A stretch of 64,000 bases of DNA from Waterburya sp. (GCA_965217895.1 CBDCJV010000001.1:22928-86927), one strand, 5' to 3'; positions 30,885 through 42,763 are shown, counted from the first letter of the stretch. The notes: generated by a model from the sequence alone, not told the origin. A program made the numbers and translations.

Positions 30885-31481
30885 AGCCCCCAATCTAATA
30901 AAGCCCAGTATTTGCGCGATCGCTTTACAGAAGTTAATCTTAATCTCAATGTCTTAGATCTCAATCAAGGAAATTTTAGTCGTCTAACTCTATCTCGGCA
31001 AATTCAACAAACTATTGCTGCTTTTCCAGATTCTCGAACACCTATTACTTTAATTGGTTCTAGCTTTGGTGGCTTAACGGCTGCCTGGGTTGCTCAACAG
31101 CAACAGGTAGAGAAAATAATTTTATTAGCACCTGCCTTTGGTTTCCCTCAAAGTTGGTATGTAAAGTTAAAACCTGAGCAAATAGAACAATGGAGCGAAT
31201 CAGATGCCTTGCCAATATATCATTACGGAGAAGGTAAACAAATTTCCTTGCACTATCAATTTTTACAAGATGCAGATAACTATCCTCTATCGGGATTAAA
31301 GAGATCCCTTTCGACTTTAGTCATTCACGGTATTCATGATGATGTTGTGCCGATTCAAGTTAGCCGTGACTATGCAAGCAAGCATTCTCAGGTAAAGCTG
31401 ATTGAACTAAATAGCGATCATGGTTTGAATGATGTCAAAGAAAGAATTTGGCAGGAAATTAGAGAGATGATTAATGTTTAA
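30885..31481 (+). pseudogene. YqiA/YcfP-family esterase, apparently lacking its N-terminal residues
   Basis: GSSFGG nucleophile, HGIHDDVVP, SDH; homology starts at SPQSNKAQYL with no in-frame LHGF motif or ATG just upstream. Confidence 0.65.
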
Positions 31482-33733
31482 CGAATTTGGCAGACTGATG
31501 GTTGTGTTGTCATGGTAGTTTCTGCTGGAGAAATCAGTTCGATATTTCCCTTAGCATTCACTATCCAGGTATGAGCTTCTGTTAAAGGCTGATAGTCAGC
31601 ATTCTCTTTCTGGCTGGCGTTATGCTTATTGTCTCGATCTGTATTTGCGTCTGTCGATTTATTAGAAGTTTTGTCTAAATCAGTTAAGATTTCTAGATTA
31701 CTTGTTTCTTGCAGCAAATTATCAGGAACACCACCACGTCCAATATTACGAAATTGATTTTGACTAAAGCCTTCTTCCTTACCGCAGCCTCTGTAAATAT
31801 AATTGTCTGCTACCAAAGAAGCTTGCTTTCTAAATTGCGTTTGAAGTCTAGAGTTTAAATTTAAAGTAATAATTTCCACAACTCCTTTTTTCTTGTTGTC
31901 TTCGGAGTTAGCAGTAACGCTACTATCGTTATCCGCCAAAAATGATTGAGCATCGATGGTAATTTTGCCACCGCTTCCCTGTTGAGCATCAGCACTAAAT
32001 TGACTGGACTTTAGCAAAACCAAATTACCTGTTTCTACGTTTATTTTGCCGCCATCACCATTATTTTTAGCTGTTGTCGAGATAGCACTTTGATTGTCTA
32101 AAATAACTGACTTTTCTGCCATGATGCTGATCGAACCACCATTTCCAGATATAGTATTAGCGATAATTTTGCCTTGAGTATCTAAATTTAGATTTGAGGT
32201 AGTAATTAAAATATCTCCCGCATTAGCAAGACCAAAATTGCTAACGGACATTTGCCCTTCTTTTTCTATTTTTAAGCTAGGAGTATTAATAATTAAAGAT
32301 CCGCTTGCAGCTTGGGGTTGCCGTACTGGAGGTAAACCTTCAATACCTGAAGAGGCAGAAAAACCACTAGATAATTTAGTTTCAGTTGGCTGCCCTGTCA
32401 TACTATTTTGCGATCGCAAAACTCCTGTACCAGAAATATCGATGGCTTTACTAGCATTAACTGTAATCGTTCCCCCTGCTCCTTTTCCGCCCAAAGCCTG
32501 AATTTGTCCCCCATCTTTGACAGTTAGTCGGGCAGTATTGATTGCTATTCCGCCTCCATTTCCTTGTCCTTGAGTCGAAGTACTGATGATGGAAGGATTT
32601 TTATCTGCTTCACTTTTTAACTCCACCATATCTTCAGCGTCAATAGTAATATTTCCACCTGGATACTTGCTAAAAGTAGCAGCAGAAATTAGTGAACCAT
32701 TTTTGACTGAGATTTGAGGTGCTACCAGAAAAATATCACCTCCTCCACCAACTTGTTGTTCTAGATCGGAACTCTGTCGCAATACCTGAGACAGCAGAGA
32801 ACTACCATCTAAGTTAATTGATTCGGTTGCTTTAAGATCGATCGTGCTTCTTGCTGCGTTAATACTCGTAACATTAATGATTCCTGAGCCTGTAGCCAAA
32901 TTAATTTTATTACCTTGAAACTTAACTGCACCACTCTTGTTAATAACTAAAGCTCCATTAGTCAGGTTGATATTACCGAACTGGTTGAGTTCATATTGGA
33001 ATTGCCAACCGCTATTATCTGGTTTGAAATTAACGCTGCCAGACTTGATACTACCAATTTCAATATTGCTTTGAATACCATTGAGACTATTTCTCGTAAT
33101 GGACACATCTCCGCCTAGTAAAGCTAGAGTGTTGCCTGGCTTGACATTTAAGCCACTAGAATTGCTAGATACTCGACTATTATTGGGCAGTATTGCTATT
33201 TCTCCAGGGTTTTGACCATACTGTAAGCCGATAGGCGAAGTGATGGTTAATAAAGGAGTATTCTGGGGATTGGTGGCAGCAAATTCCGTACCATCTGCAA
33301 ATATAAAGCGATCGCCAGTACTAGCAATAAAAGATCCGCCAATATCTAGCTGAGCGTTTGCACCAAATATAATTCCCGCAGGATTGAGCAAAAATAAACT
33401 GGCATTACCCTGAGTTTGAATTAAACCATCAATCTCAGAAATTGTTCCCCCAGTAACACGACTAAAAATATTTTTAACATCTAAACCGTTAGCAAAATTT
33501 GCGATCGCGCCTGTTGCCAAGGAAAACTCTTTAAAGCTATGGAAAAGGTTTGAACCATTTTGGATACCTCCTTCAATTAGAGAAGTACCATCAATTACCT
33601 GGACTTGAGTATTAGTCGTTTGATCGCTGGTTATCTGCGCTTGAGCATTACTATCACTAAACATCAGGGTTAGGGTAGCAAGAGTCGTCAGACCGACTGT
33701 AGATTTATAGCCACCAAAATTAGTAGATAGCAT
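31478..33733 (-). CDS. Filamentous haemagglutinin N-terminal domain (TpsA-like) secreted protein
   Basis: Signal peptide AQAQI, NLFHSF, LFLLNPAGIIFG, GxGGxI repeats, C-terminal IGRGG and EA..W motifs. Confidence 0.92.
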   Translation of the reverse strand: MLSTNFGGYKSTVGLTTLATLTLMFSDSNAQAQITSDQTTNTQVQVIDGTSLIEGGIQNGSNLFHSFKEFSLATGAIANFANGLDVKNIFSRVTGGTISEIDGLIQTQGNASLFLLNPAGIIFGANAQLDIGGSFIASTGDRFIFADGTEFAATNPQNTPLLTITSPIGLQYGQNPGEIAILPNNSRVSSNSSGLNVKPGNTLALLGGDVSITRNSLNGIQSNIEIGSIKSGSVNFKPDNSGWQFQYELNQFGNINLTNGALVINKSGAVKFQGNKINLATGSGIINVTSINAARSTIDLKATESINLDGSSLLSQVLRQSSDLEQQVGGGGDIFLVAPQISVKNGSLISAATFSKYPGGNITIDAEDMVELKSEADKNPSIISTSTQGQGNGGGIAINTARLTVKDGGQIQALGGKGAGGTITVNASKAIDISGTGVLRSQNSMTGQPTETKLSSGFSASSGIEGLPPVRQPQAASGSLIINTPSLKIEKEGQMSVSNFGLANAGDILITTSNLNLDTQGKIIANTISGNGGSISIMAEKSVILDNQSAISTTAKNNGDGGKINVETGNLVLLKSSQFSADAQQGSGGKITIDAQSFLADNDSSVTANSEDNKKKGVVEIITLNLNSRLQTQFRKQASLVADNYIYRGCGKEEGFSQNQFRNIGRGGVPDNLLQETSNLEILTDLDKTSNKSTDANTDRDNKHNASQKENADYQPLTEAHTWIVNAKGNIELISPAETTMTTQPSVCQIR

Positions 33734-33796
33734 GGCAGGGATTTAAGAGAACTAACGCAATATTAACTTACGTAACATAGGACAGCCACTAGTAAT

Positions 33797-33852
33797 CAAT
33801 GAACAATGAACAATAAACAATAAACAATAAACAATGAACAATAAACAATGAC
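33797..33852. repeat. Heptamer tandem repeat (STRR-type) CAAT(G/A)AA x8
   Basis: Directly visible 7-nt periodicity. Confidence 0.9.
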
Positions 33853-33932
33853 CTGTAATTTGCTTAACAAAAGTACAAAATCTTTGAGAATTAAGTAAAC
33901 TCATATACAAGTAGTCTGTTATTTTCAACTTA

Positions 33933-35075
33933 ATGCAACTTAGTTCCAATCAAACTTCATCATTTCCTAAAGCTTTGCAGCTTATCGCCCCTTTTTTCCT
34001 GTGGGGAACAGCAATGGTAGCCATGAAAGGAGTAATTCCTTACACCACCCCCTTTTTTATGGCAGGAGTGCGATTAGTACCTGCGGGAGTTTTGGTGCTA
34101 GTGGTAGCAATAATTATGAAATTGCCTCAACCTAAAACTTGGCAGGCTTGGCTTTGGATTTTGGCTTTTGCTGTAGTTGACGGCGCGATGTTTCAAGGCT
34201 TTTTGGCTCAGGGAATTGTCAAAACTGGGGCAGGTTTGGGTTCGGTGATGATTGATTCCCAGCCTTTAGCGGTTGCACTTATGTCTAGCTGGTTATTTGG
34301 GGAAGTGATTGGCTTGTGGGGTTGGCTGGGATTAAGTTTAGGAGTATTGGGTATTAGTTTAATTGGTTTACCCGATCGCTGGATTTATAGTCTGGCTGCA
34401 GGAGATTTGACTGGGATAAATCTTGACTGGCTTGGCTTGTTTGACAACGGTGAATGGCTTATGTTGCTTGCCTCATTATCGATGGCGGTAGGGACGGTAA
34501 TGATCCCTTATATTAGTCGTCATAGCGATCCTGTAGTTGCCACAGGCTGGCACATGATTATTGGTGGCTTGCCTTTATTTGGTTTGTCCTGGCTACAGGA
34601 ATCTCAGCAGTGGAACAATTTGACTGTCGAAGGCTGGTTAGCGTTGGGATATGCAACGGTTTTTGGTAGCGCGATCGCTTATGGAATCTTTTTTTATCTA
34701 GCATCTAAAGGCAATTTAACGAGCCTTAGTGCTTTGACTTTTCTGACTCCTATTTTTGCCTTACTGTTTGGCACAATTATTCTTTCAGAAGTATTAACTA
34801 ATCTTCAGTCTCTGGGAGTGGCATTAACCATAGTCAGTATCTATTTAATTAATCAACGGGATAAAATAGCAGCTAGGTTTAAAGCCGATAATGCTGAACC
34901 AGAAGAGACAATTCCAGCAGTAGCTATGGATGCTCTAGAAAAACAAGCATCGAACTTGAGCCAGTCAGAGTCAAAAATAACTAATTCTGCCCAGAAAAAT
35001 GCCGAAGAAATTATTACTAAAAGAAATGAAGTTAAACAGCAAATTGACCTGGAACTTAAAGAAAGAGAGGTATAA
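33933..35075 (+). CDS. DMT/EamA family transporter
   Basis: APFFLWGTAMVAMK, GAGLGSVMIDSQP, about 10 TM helices. Confidence 0.92.
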   Translation: MQLSSNQTSSFPKALQLIAPFFLWGTAMVAMKGVIPYTTPFFMAGVRLVPAGVLVLVVAIIMKLPQPKTWQAWLWILAFAVVDGAMFQGFLAQGIVKTGAGLGSVMIDSQPLAVALMSSWLFGEVIGLWGWLGLSLGVLGISLIGLPDRWIYSLAAGDLTGINLDWLGLFDNGEWLMLLASLSMAVGTVMIPYISRHSDPVVATGWHMIIGGLPLFGLSWLQESQQWNNLTVEGWLALGYATVFGSAIAYGIFFYLASKGNLTSLSALTFLTPIFALLFGTIILSEVLTNLQSLGVALTIVSIYLINQRDKIAARFKADNAEPEETIPAVAMDALEKQASNLSQSESKITNSAQKNAEEIITKRNEVKQQIDLELKEREV

Positions 35076-35303
35076 AACCGAATAAGCAAGATTTTATTCC
35101 CTACTTTTTACTTTTTACTTTTTACTAAGACTATCCTCTAATTAATTTTATCCACCTACTTACAGTCACCTTAAAATAACTTAAATTATAGACATAAAAA
35201 TTATAATCTGCTTACTCTCCTGAGATATATAGGTTTGAATAATTCAGATAGTGTTAGGATCTACCCACGAGAAAAAGAAGCGAAAAAATAAGGAAAATAT
35301 AAG

Positions 35304-37457
35304 TTGATGCAGGAATTTGACAAGTCAATATCCTTTGATGGTCGAGATATCCGACTCAAAGTAGGCTTGCTCGCACCACAAGCTGGCGGTTCAGTGTTAG
35401 TGCAGTCAGGAGATACAACAGTTTTGGTTGCTGCTACTAGAGCAAAAGGTAGAGAGGGAATTGATTTTTTACCTTTAATGGTAGATTATGAAGAGCGACA
35501 GTACGCAGCAGGTCGCATTCCTGGAGGCTTTTTTAGAAGAGAAGGTAGACCAGGAGAGAGAGCTATTTTAACCAGCAGATTAATTGATCGCCCGATGCGC
35601 CCTTTATTTCCTGGTTGGCTGAGGGATGATATTCAAATTGTTGCCACTACTTTATCAATGGACGAAGATGTTCCCCCAGATATTTTGGCAGTAACAGGGG
35701 CTTCGGTGGCAGTTTTACTGGCAGAAATTCCTTTTTATGGTCCGATGGCAGCGGTAAGAGTCGGTTTGGTGGGCGATGATTTTATTCTTAATCCTACTTA
35801 TAAAGAGATTAAAAAAGGCGATCTAGATATTGTCGTGGCAGGAAGCCCTGACGGGATTGTGATGGTAGAGGCAGGAGCAAATCAACTACCAGAACAAGAT
35901 GTGATTGAGGCAATTGATTTTGCCTATGAAGCAATCCAAGAGTTGATTCAGGCACAACGAGATCTAATTAAAGAATTGGGGATTGAAATTGCTACTGCCC
36001 AGCCTCCTGAAGAAGATCAAAGCCTAATTAACTTTATTAGCGATCGCGTCACTGCTGACATCAAAAAAATTCTTTCTCAGTATGACTTTGATAAAAAAGC
36101 TCGTGATGAGGCTTTAGACGAAATCAAGCAAGCCAAGATTGCAGATGCGATCGCCGAATTACCAGCAGACGAACCAATTGCTATTGCCACTAACGAAGAT
36201 TCTAAAGCGATCGATAAGGCATTTAAAAAGCTAACTAAAAAGCTGATGCGGAGTCAAATCCTCGAAGAAGGCGTTAGAGTTGATGGACGTAAGCTAGATC
36301 AGGTTAGACCCATTACCTCCAGAGCAGGGGTACTACCCAATCGAGTTCATGGTAGCGGCTTGTTTAGAAGAGGCTTAACTCAGGTACTCTCTATTGCTAC
36401 TTTAGGTACTTCAGGAGATGCCCAAGATACCAGAGACGATCTGAATCCGCAAGACGAGAAGCGTTATCTGCATCATTACAATTTTCCAGCCTACTCTGTA
36501 GGTGAAACCCGTCCCATGCGATCGCCTGGACGTAGAGAAATCGGTCATGGTGCGCTAGCAGAAAGAGCTTTGATTCCTGTACTGCCTACTGTAGAAGAAT
36601 TTCCTTACGTGCTGCGAGTAGTCTCAGAAGTACTTTCTTCTAATGGTTCAACCTCTATGGGTTCAGTCTGTGGTTCAACCCTTTCTCTGATGGATGCGGG
36701 AGTTCCTCTAGCCAAGCCTGTTAGTGGTGCAGCGATGGGTTTAATCAAAGAAGGAGATGAGGTCAGAATATTAACAGATATTCAGGGGATTGAAGACTTC
36801 TTAGGCGATATGGACTTCAAGGTTGCAGGGACGGATGTAGGTATTACTGCCTTGCAGATGGACATGAAAATCACTGGTCTATCTGTGGAGATAATAGCAG
36901 AAGCCATCAGAAAAGCTCAACCAGCACGCATACATATCCTCGAAGAGATGTTAAAAGCGATCGCCGAACCCCGCAAGGAACTATCTCCTTATGCACCGAG
37001 ACTCTTAACCATGAAGATCGATCCTGACCTAATTGGCATGGTAATTGGACCTTCAGGCAAAACTATTAAGGCTATTACCGAGCAAACTGGAGCAAAAATT
37101 GACATTGAAGACGATGGCAAAGTCATTATCGCTGCGGTTGAAGGCGAAAAAGCCGAAATGGCGCGGAAAATGGTTTTCAATATTACCCGTAAACTGAATG
37201 AAGGAGATGTTTACGTTGGCAAAGTTACCAGAATCATCGATATTGGTGCTTTTGTTGAAATATTGCCAGGAAAAGAAGGCATGATCCATATTTCCCAGCT
37301 AGCCGAAGGCAGAGTAGGAAAAGTAGATGATGAAGTGGCAGTAGGCGACGAAATTGTAGTTAAAATACGTGGCTTTGACCAGAAAAATCGCCTTAATTTA
37401 ACTAGACTTGGTATTCACCCCGACGAAGCAGCCCAAGCTAGAGCAGAAGCAGAGTAG
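35304..37457 (+). CDS. pnp: Polyribonucleotide nucleotidyltransferase
   Basis: [41 protein letters not shown] and S1 domains. Confidence 0.98.
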   Translation: MMQEFDKSISFDGRDIRLKVGLLAPQAGGSVLVQSGDTTVLVAATRAKGREGIDFLPLMVDYEERQYAAGRIPGGFFRREGRPGERAILTSRLIDRPMRPLFPGWLRDDIQIVATTLSMDEDVPPDILAVTGASVAVLLAEIPFYGPMAAVRVGLVGDDFILNPTYKEIKKGDLDIVVAGSPDGIVMVEAGANQLPEQDVIEAIDFAYEAIQELIQAQRDLIKELGIEIATAQPPEEDQSLINFISDRVTADIKKILSQYDFDKKARDEALDEIKQAKIADAIAELPADEPIAIATNEDSKAIDKAFKKLTKKLMRSQILEEGVRVDGRKLDQVRPITSRAGVLPNRVHGSGLFRRGLTQVLSIATLGTSGDAQDTRDDLNPQDEKRYLHHYNFPAYSVGETRPMRSPGRREIGHGALAERALIPVLPTVEEFPYVLRVVSEVLSSNGSTSMGSVCGSTLSLMDAGVPLAKPVSGAAMGLIKEGDEVRILTDIQGIEDFLGDMDFKVAGTDVGITALQMDMKITGLSVEIIAEAIRKAQPARIHILEEMLKAIAEPRKELSPYAPRLLTMKIDPDLIGMVIGPSGKTIKAITEQTGAKIDIEDDGKVIIAAVEGEKAEMARKMVFNITRKLNEGDVYVGKVTRIIDIGAFVEILPGKEGMIHISQLAEGRVGKVDDEVAVGDEIVVKIRGFDQKNRLNLTRLGIHPDEAAQARAEAE

Positions 37458-37460
37458 GAA

Positions 37461-37495
37461 GGGATGAGGGATGAGGGATGAGGGATGAGGGATAA
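37461..37495. repeat. Heptamer tandem repeat GGGAT(G/A)A x5
   Basis: Visible directly after the pnp stop; partial inverted copy CCCTTATCC near 37532. Confidence 0.88.
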
Positions 37496-37599
37496 GGAAC
37501 TACGTAGGTTGCCTATTGAATTGTTTCTTCCACCCTTATCCTTGCATAACGTGAGTTCGACAGAAAATTTTGATTATCTCGATCTTTTGTTGAACTACT

Positions 37600-37822
37600 T
37601 TTAAAATGGTTTTATCTTGGCTGGCGACTGTTTTGATGCCGATTATATTTGCTACGATCCGCGAGACTTCAGCGGGAGTATAAAATTGCCCTTTACTTTT
37701 CCTAGACTCCGTAGCAAAGTGACGCATTAGAATTCATAAGCATCTCATAAATATCGTTTTCATCAGCACAGTTTTTGCTGAAATTAAGTTCAGGTCTATT
37801 TTAAAGATCGCTACTAGGTTAA
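37600..37822 (-). pseudogene. Type I restriction-modification HsdM fragment
   Basis: AYEFLMRHFATESRKSKGQFYTPAEVSRI is a characteristic HsdM segment; frameshifted upstream and truncated. Confidence 0.82.
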
Positions 37823-38094
37823 TGTCAGTTTAAACTTGGATTAGGTGACAATATTTGCACTAAAAATGAGAATTACGTTAAATTTAGTTAAGCTAGAGGT
37901 AACATAAAGAAAAGAAACTTGACATAAAAGCTGGTATCACACATTGAAATACAGAAAGTAGCATATGCTTTTAATCTAGTTTGACGTTCATTAAGGTTTG
38001 CCATGTCAATGATGAAAAAAGCTTTTCGCAAGTCAAGACGTGAAATTGCAAAGAAATAATCTTAAAAATATTCAATTTAGAACATTACGTACTT

Positions 38095-39993
38095 ATGAAG
38101 AATTTTTCGTGGAGAATTGTATTACTTTGGACATTACCTTTATTGGTAGTCGGATTTTTCCTTTGGCAGGGAACTTTTTCCGCACCAACTGCTAGCAGTG
38201 GCTTAAATGGTAATACTGCTAACACTCGTATGACCTATGGACGATTCTTAGACTATCTCAACTCAGGACGTGTTTCTTCGGTAGAGCTATATGAAAACGG
38301 GAGAACGGCAATTGTCGATGCGATTGACCCAGAACTTGACAACCGCATCCAAAAGCTAAGAGTTGATTTGCCAGCCAATTCACCTGAACTCATTACCAAG
38401 TTGCGCGATGCAGATATTAACTTCGATTACCATCCGACTGGTAATGAAGGTGCAGTTTGGGGACTTTTAGGTAATCTTTTGTTTCCAATAATTTTAATTG
38501 GAGCCTTGTTTTTCTTGTTCCGTCGTTCCAACAGTATGCCAGGCGGACCTGGACAAGCGATGAACTTTGGCAAATCTAAAGCTAAGTTCCAAATGGAAGC
38601 CAAAACAGGCATCATGTTTGATGATGTTGCTGGTATTGACGAAGCCAAAGAAGAACTGCAAGAAGTAGTTACTTTCTTAAAACAGCCCGAAAGATTTACC
38701 GCAGTTGGGGCAAAAATTCCTAAAGGAGTATTGTTAATTGGTCCTCCTGGAACTGGTAAAACTCTTTTAGCCAAAGCGATCGCTGGTGAAGCCTCTGTTC
38801 CTTTCTTCAGCATCTCTGGTTCTGAATTTGTGGAAATGTTTGTCGGCGTTGGTGCCTCTCGCGTGCGTGACCTATTTAAAAAAGCCAAAGAAAACGCTCC
38901 GTGTCTTATCTTTATTGATGAGATTGATGCAGTAGGTCGTCAGCGGGGTGCTGGCATTGGTGGCGGTAACGATGAAAGAGAACAAACTCTTAACCAACTG
39001 CTAACGGAGATGGACGGTTTTGAGGGTAATACTGGTATTATTATCATCGCTGCAACTAACCGTGCTGATGTCTTAGATTCTGCCTTAATGCGTCCTGGTC
39101 GTTTTGACCGTCAGGTAATGGTAGATAATCCCGATATTAAAGGTCGTCTAGAAATCTTAGAAGTTCACGCTCGTAATAAAAAAATTGCCCCTGAAGTTTC
39201 CTTAGATGCGATCGCTCGTCGTACTCCTGGCTTCTCTGGTGCAGACCTTGCCAACCTACTAAACGAAGCAGCCATTTTAACTGCTAGAAGACGTAAAGAG
39301 GCTGTTACCATACTCGAAATTGATGATGCGGTAGATCGTGTTGTTGCTGGAATGGAGGGTACTCCTCTGACCGATGGCAAAAGTAAGCGATTGATTGCTT
39401 ATCATGAAATTGGTCATGCGATTGTCGGTACTCTAGTCAAAGACCATGACCCAGTACAAAAAGTAACCCTAATCCCTCGTGGACAGGCTCAAGGTTTAAC
39501 TTGGTTTACACCGAATGAAGAACAAGGCTTAATCAGTCGATCACAGCTAATGGCAAGAATTGCTGGGGCTATGGGTGGTCGTGCAGCCGAAGAAGAAATC
39601 TTTGGTAACGATGAAGTAACTACTGGTGCTGGTGGTGATTTGCAGCAGGTGTCAGAAATGGCAAGACAAATGGTTACTATCTACGGCATGAGTGACCTTG
39701 GCCCTGTAGCATTGGGTGGACAACAAGGTGGTGAAGTATTCCTGGGTGCTGGTCTAACTTCCCGTGCGGAATACTCCGAAGAAGTCGCATCTCGTATTGA
39801 TGCTCAAGTACGTCAAATTGCTGAACGTGGTCATCAGCTAGCGCGTAAAATCGTTAGAGAAAACCGTGAGGTGATTGATCGTCTGGTTGATTTACTGATT
39901 GAGAAAGAAACTATTGATGGCGAAGAATTAAAGCAAATTGTTTCTGAATATGCTGAAGTACCTGATAAGGAAAGATTTGTACCTCAAATCTAA
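38095..39993 (+). CDS. ftsH: ATP-dependent zinc metalloprotease FtsH (FtsH2 type)
   Basis: Two TM helices, [21 protein letters not shown] zinc motif, RMTYGRFL lumenal domain. Confidence 0.97.
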   Translation: MKNFSWRIVLLWTLPLLVVGFFLWQGTFSAPTASSGLNGNTANTRMTYGRFLDYLNSGRVSSVELYENGRTAIVDAIDPELDNRIQKLRVDLPANSPELITKLRDADINFDYHPTGNEGAVWGLLGNLLFPIILIGALFFLFRRSNSMPGGPGQAMNFGKSKAKFQMEAKTGIMFDDVAGIDEAKEELQEVVTFLKQPERFTAVGAKIPKGVLLIGPPGTGKTLLAKAIAGEASVPFFSISGSEFVEMFVGVGASRVRDLFKKAKENAPCLIFIDEIDAVGRQRGAGIGGGNDEREQTLNQLLTEMDGFEGNTGIIIIAATNRADVLDSALMRPGRFDRQVMVDNPDIKGRLEILEVHARNKKIAPEVSLDAIARRTPGFSGADLANLLNEAAILTARRRKEAVTILEIDDAVDRVVAGMEGTPLTDGKSKRLIAYHEIGHAIVGTLVKDHDPVQKVTLIPRGQAQGLTWFTPNEEQGLISRSQLMARIAGAMGGRAAEEEIFGNDEVTTGAGGDLQQVSEMARQMVTIYGMSDLGPVALGGQQGGEVFLGAGLTSRAEYSEEVASRIDAQVRQIAERGHQLARKIVRENREVIDRLVDLLIEKETIDGEELKQIVSEYAEVPDKERFVPQI

Positions 39994-40022
39994 TTTCACT
40001 TGATTCTGAATCAACAACTTTA

Positions 40023-40050
40023 GGGATAGTCTACGGGCTATCTTTTTTTT
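40023..40050 (+). terminator. Rho-independent terminator after ftsH
   Basis: GGGATAGTC-TACG-GGCTATCTT stem followed by a T run. Confidence 0.75.
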
Positions 40051-40154
40051 GTTTTTCAAAAATCTTGAGGCGGATAAGCATTACCTATCAACTAAAGCCA
40101 AATTGACTATTGAGCGATCGCTCTCTACCAAAAGTTATGCAGCTCAGTCTTTGC

Positions 40155-40191
40155 AAGCTGAAATGCTTGGGTTTTCCAAGCATTTCAGCTT
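40155..40191. repeat. Perfect 16-bp inverted repeat in intergenic repeat cluster
   Basis: AAGCTGAAATGCTTGG-GTTTT-CCAAGCATTTCAGCTT. Confidence 0.85.
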
Positions 40192-40248
40192 ATGGTAGGG
40201 GTTTCTCCCATGAGTAACTGCCTTTGTGAGCGATCTCTTAAATACTTA

Positions 40249-40803
40249 CTAATTAGTTACGCTACCTACCGCACCTTTAAGAGCAGCAATACCTTGTTCT
40301 ACACTAGCCCAAAGACCCATATCAGGCTCTTGTCCAGCTAATTCTCTCGTGCCAACAAAATAAAGCACACCTTTGAGTACTTCTTGATGAGCGCGATTCT
40401 CGAAGTTGACTTTGTTTAATGGTTCTACCGCGTCTTGTAGTTCATCATCTAAAGACTGAGCAACTTTATGTATTACTAAACCAGTCATTGTTTGCTGATG
40501 TTTTAACAATTCAAACTGGAAAAATTTATCGTATATTGTTAGTTCAGACCCATCCATCATCTGACCAACTTTTTCGGCGTGTTTTTGCGTAATATCGCGG
40601 GATTCTGCGGTGCTACCAATTTGAGCAATAGCCTTTTCAATTGAGCTTAAGTTATCGCGATCGCTTTTCAAGATTTTTTCTAATCGTTCGCGGATGGTAC
40701 TATCATCTGTAGCTGCCATTAGCTTTTGAGCGCAGTCAATAAGAACATTTTGAAATAGTTTAAGGTCTGCAAGTTTTGTTTCTAGATTTGTTTTATCAGT
40801 CAT
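40249..40803 (-). CDS. Helical ferritin-like hypothetical protein
   Basis: ELLKHQQ and FENRAHQEVLKG in an all-helical 184-aa ORF. Confidence 0.65.
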   Translation of the reverse strand: MTDKTNLETKLADLKLFQNVLIDCAQKLMAATDDSTIRERLEKILKSDRDNLSSIEKAIAQIGSTAESRDITQKHAEKVGQMMDGSELTIYDKFFQFELLKHQQTMTGLVIHKVAQSLDDELQDAVEPLNKVNFENRAHQEVLKGVLYFVGTRELAGQEPDMGLWASVEQGIAALKGAVGSVTN

Positions 40804-41147
40804 GATTTTATAAATATTGATGTTGTTGGTTCTGGCAAGAACCAGAAATCTCTTATTTCATAATCTCGTGAGATCTTAAAATTACCCTCCGTCTTTCGAG
40901 AGATTCAGCCAAAAACATTTATTTTCAGTCGAATCGAGTGTTCGACATAAATAGGTAAGTAAAATTAATTACTGATGTTACGTACTAGTTAATCTGTGAG
41001 AACTGGAAAAAGGTTAAAGGGAACATTGTTTTGTTTTTATCGATCATTAAAACCATTGACTTCTCGCGCTCGATGCGTAACGCCAAATTAATTAGAGGGA
41101 ATTGCCAATATTTAGATCGTGACGTGAGTAGAGACAAATCGCCCCTA

Positions 41148-42242
41148 CTAGGCAATAGGAAGACAAAAACGAAAAGTACTGCCTTTGCCTACTTCGCTTT
41201 CTACTTCGATATTACCACCCTGTAACTCTACGAGGCGACGAGCGATCGCCAGACCAATGCCTGTTCCGCCTGAATGACTAGCGCGAGAGGGATCGGCACG
41301 CCAAAAGCGTTCAAATACATAAGGTAAATCTTCTGGAGCAATACCTACTCCTGTATCAATCACTGAAATCCAAACATAATGGTTTATTTTTTCTGCCTTA
41401 ACAACAATTGAGCCTATTTCTGTATAGCGAATGGCATTACCTAATAAGTTGACTAAAATTTGTTCAGTGCGATCGCGATCGGCTAAAACTTTAGGTATGT
41501 CTCTAGCACAGTCTAGCTTTAGAGTTGGCCCCTCTTCTAATAACTGATCGGCAAAACGCTCGACTAAAGAAGTAAGTAGCGGGAGTAAACTAATCGATTG
41601 GGAGTCAATCGATAGATAACCTGCTTCTGCTTTAGAAAGTTCCTGCAAATCGTGAATAAGTCTTTCCAAACGCCTAGTTTCTCTAATTAAACGCAAATAG
41701 AGTTCTGGGGTACCATCAATAGTGCCATCGGCTAATTCTTCTAAATAACCCCGCATTACAGTTAAAGGAGTACGTAGTTCATGGGTTAAATCGCTGATTA
41801 GTTCTCGTCGTCTCTGTTCTACATCTCCTAAGCTACTTGCCATAGAGTTAAAGCTGACGCTTAGTTGATTTAGTTCAGGTATGGAACTTTCAGGGACTCT
41901 TTCGGCTAAATCTCCGGCTGCAAATTTTTGACTAATCTGCTTCATTTGCTTTACAGGCTGAGTAATGCGCTTAGAAAATATGTAACTTACTCCCCCAGCA
42001 GCACTTGTACCGACAATCATCGATAAAATAGCACTCCGATTCCAGGCATTTTGAAATCCTTCTACTAAATAGGTACGAGCCGAACGAACGGTAAATATTC
42101 CTCTTTTTTCCAGCTGCTCCAACCGTACAACAAACATTCTGGGAGAAGAAACTTTAGCAATAATGATAAAGCTACCTAATCCCACCATCATTACCAATAA
42201 ATGAGAAATAAATAAACGCGTACCTAAACTCAATTTGGGCAT
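41148..42242 (-). CDS. Sensor histidine kinase (TM-HAMP-HisKA-HATPase)
   Basis: [10 protein letters not shown]-box, [24 protein letters not shown]. Confidence 0.96.
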   Translation of the reverse strand: MPKLSLGTRLFISHLLVMMVGLGSFIIIAKVSSPRMFVVRLEQLEKRGIFTVRSARTYLVEGFQNAWNRSAILSMIVGTSAAGGVSYIFSKRITQPVKQMKQISQKFAAGDLAERVPESSIPELNQLSVSFNSMASSLGDVEQRRRELISDLTHELRTPLTVMRGYLEELADGTIDGTPELYLRLIRETRRLERLIHDLQELSKAEAGYLSIDSQSISLLPLLTSLVERFADQLLEEGPTLKLDCARDIPKVLADRDRTEQILVNLLGNAIRYTEIGSIVVKAEKINHYVWISVIDTGVGIAPEDLPYVFERFWRADPSRASHSGGTGIGLAIARRLVELQGGNIEVESEVGKGSTFRFCLPIA

Positions 42243-42343
42243 TGCTGTTTTGTTTTGTTTTATTGTTTTGTTTTGTTCATGTTAGTATTTTTTAGCTATT
42301 AGCCTTTCTGGTTGCCAAATCTTAATTAGCTGGACTTAAGTTA

Positions 42344-42763
42344 ATGAATATCTTCAAAAAAAGCTGTATATTTTGTCTGAGTATTGTGTTTATCTGTTTT
42401 AGTTGGTCAATTCCTGTTGAAGGAGCAGTATTGAGCAATAAAAAATTGACGATTTCAGTAGGCAATGAACAGTCTTGGACTGGCAGAAATGGGACAGGAA
42501 ACCTTAGCTATTATGGATGCGATCAAAAATGTAACTGTATTTATTTGACTGGAGGCAAAATTACCTGTCGCGATGGAGTCTGTCGCAGCAGTTGGCAAAA
42601 TAAGAATTCTAGCTATGTTCTGACTTCGCCTATCACTCAGACAAACGATTATAGCAATACTGCTTCTACATTAACTATATTTTCTGAATCGAAGGTTGTT
42701 CTATCAGCAGAGTTATATCCAAAGCCTTTTGATAACATTAATGGTCAGAAATTTAGTCCTTAA
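42344..42763 (+). CDS. Secreted Cys-containing hypothetical protein
   Basis: N-terminal signal-like segment; 139 aa. Confidence 0.65.
   Translation: MNIFKKSCIFCLSIVFICFSWSIPVEGAVLSNKKLTISVGNEQSWTGRNGTGNLSYYGCDQKCNCIYLTGGKITCRDGVCRSSWQNKNSSYVLTSPITQTNDYSNTASTLTIFSESKVVLSAELYPKPFDNINGQKFSP

Noticed and set aside
33752..33949. 65-aa ORF with HCLLFIV repeats
   Set aside because: Artefact of translating the heptamer repeat.
38427..38888. Long antisense ORF within ftsH, and similar shadow ORFs in pnp, aroA, aroC, the GT and ABC genes
   Set aside because: Antisense shadows of conserved genes with no protein-like motifs.
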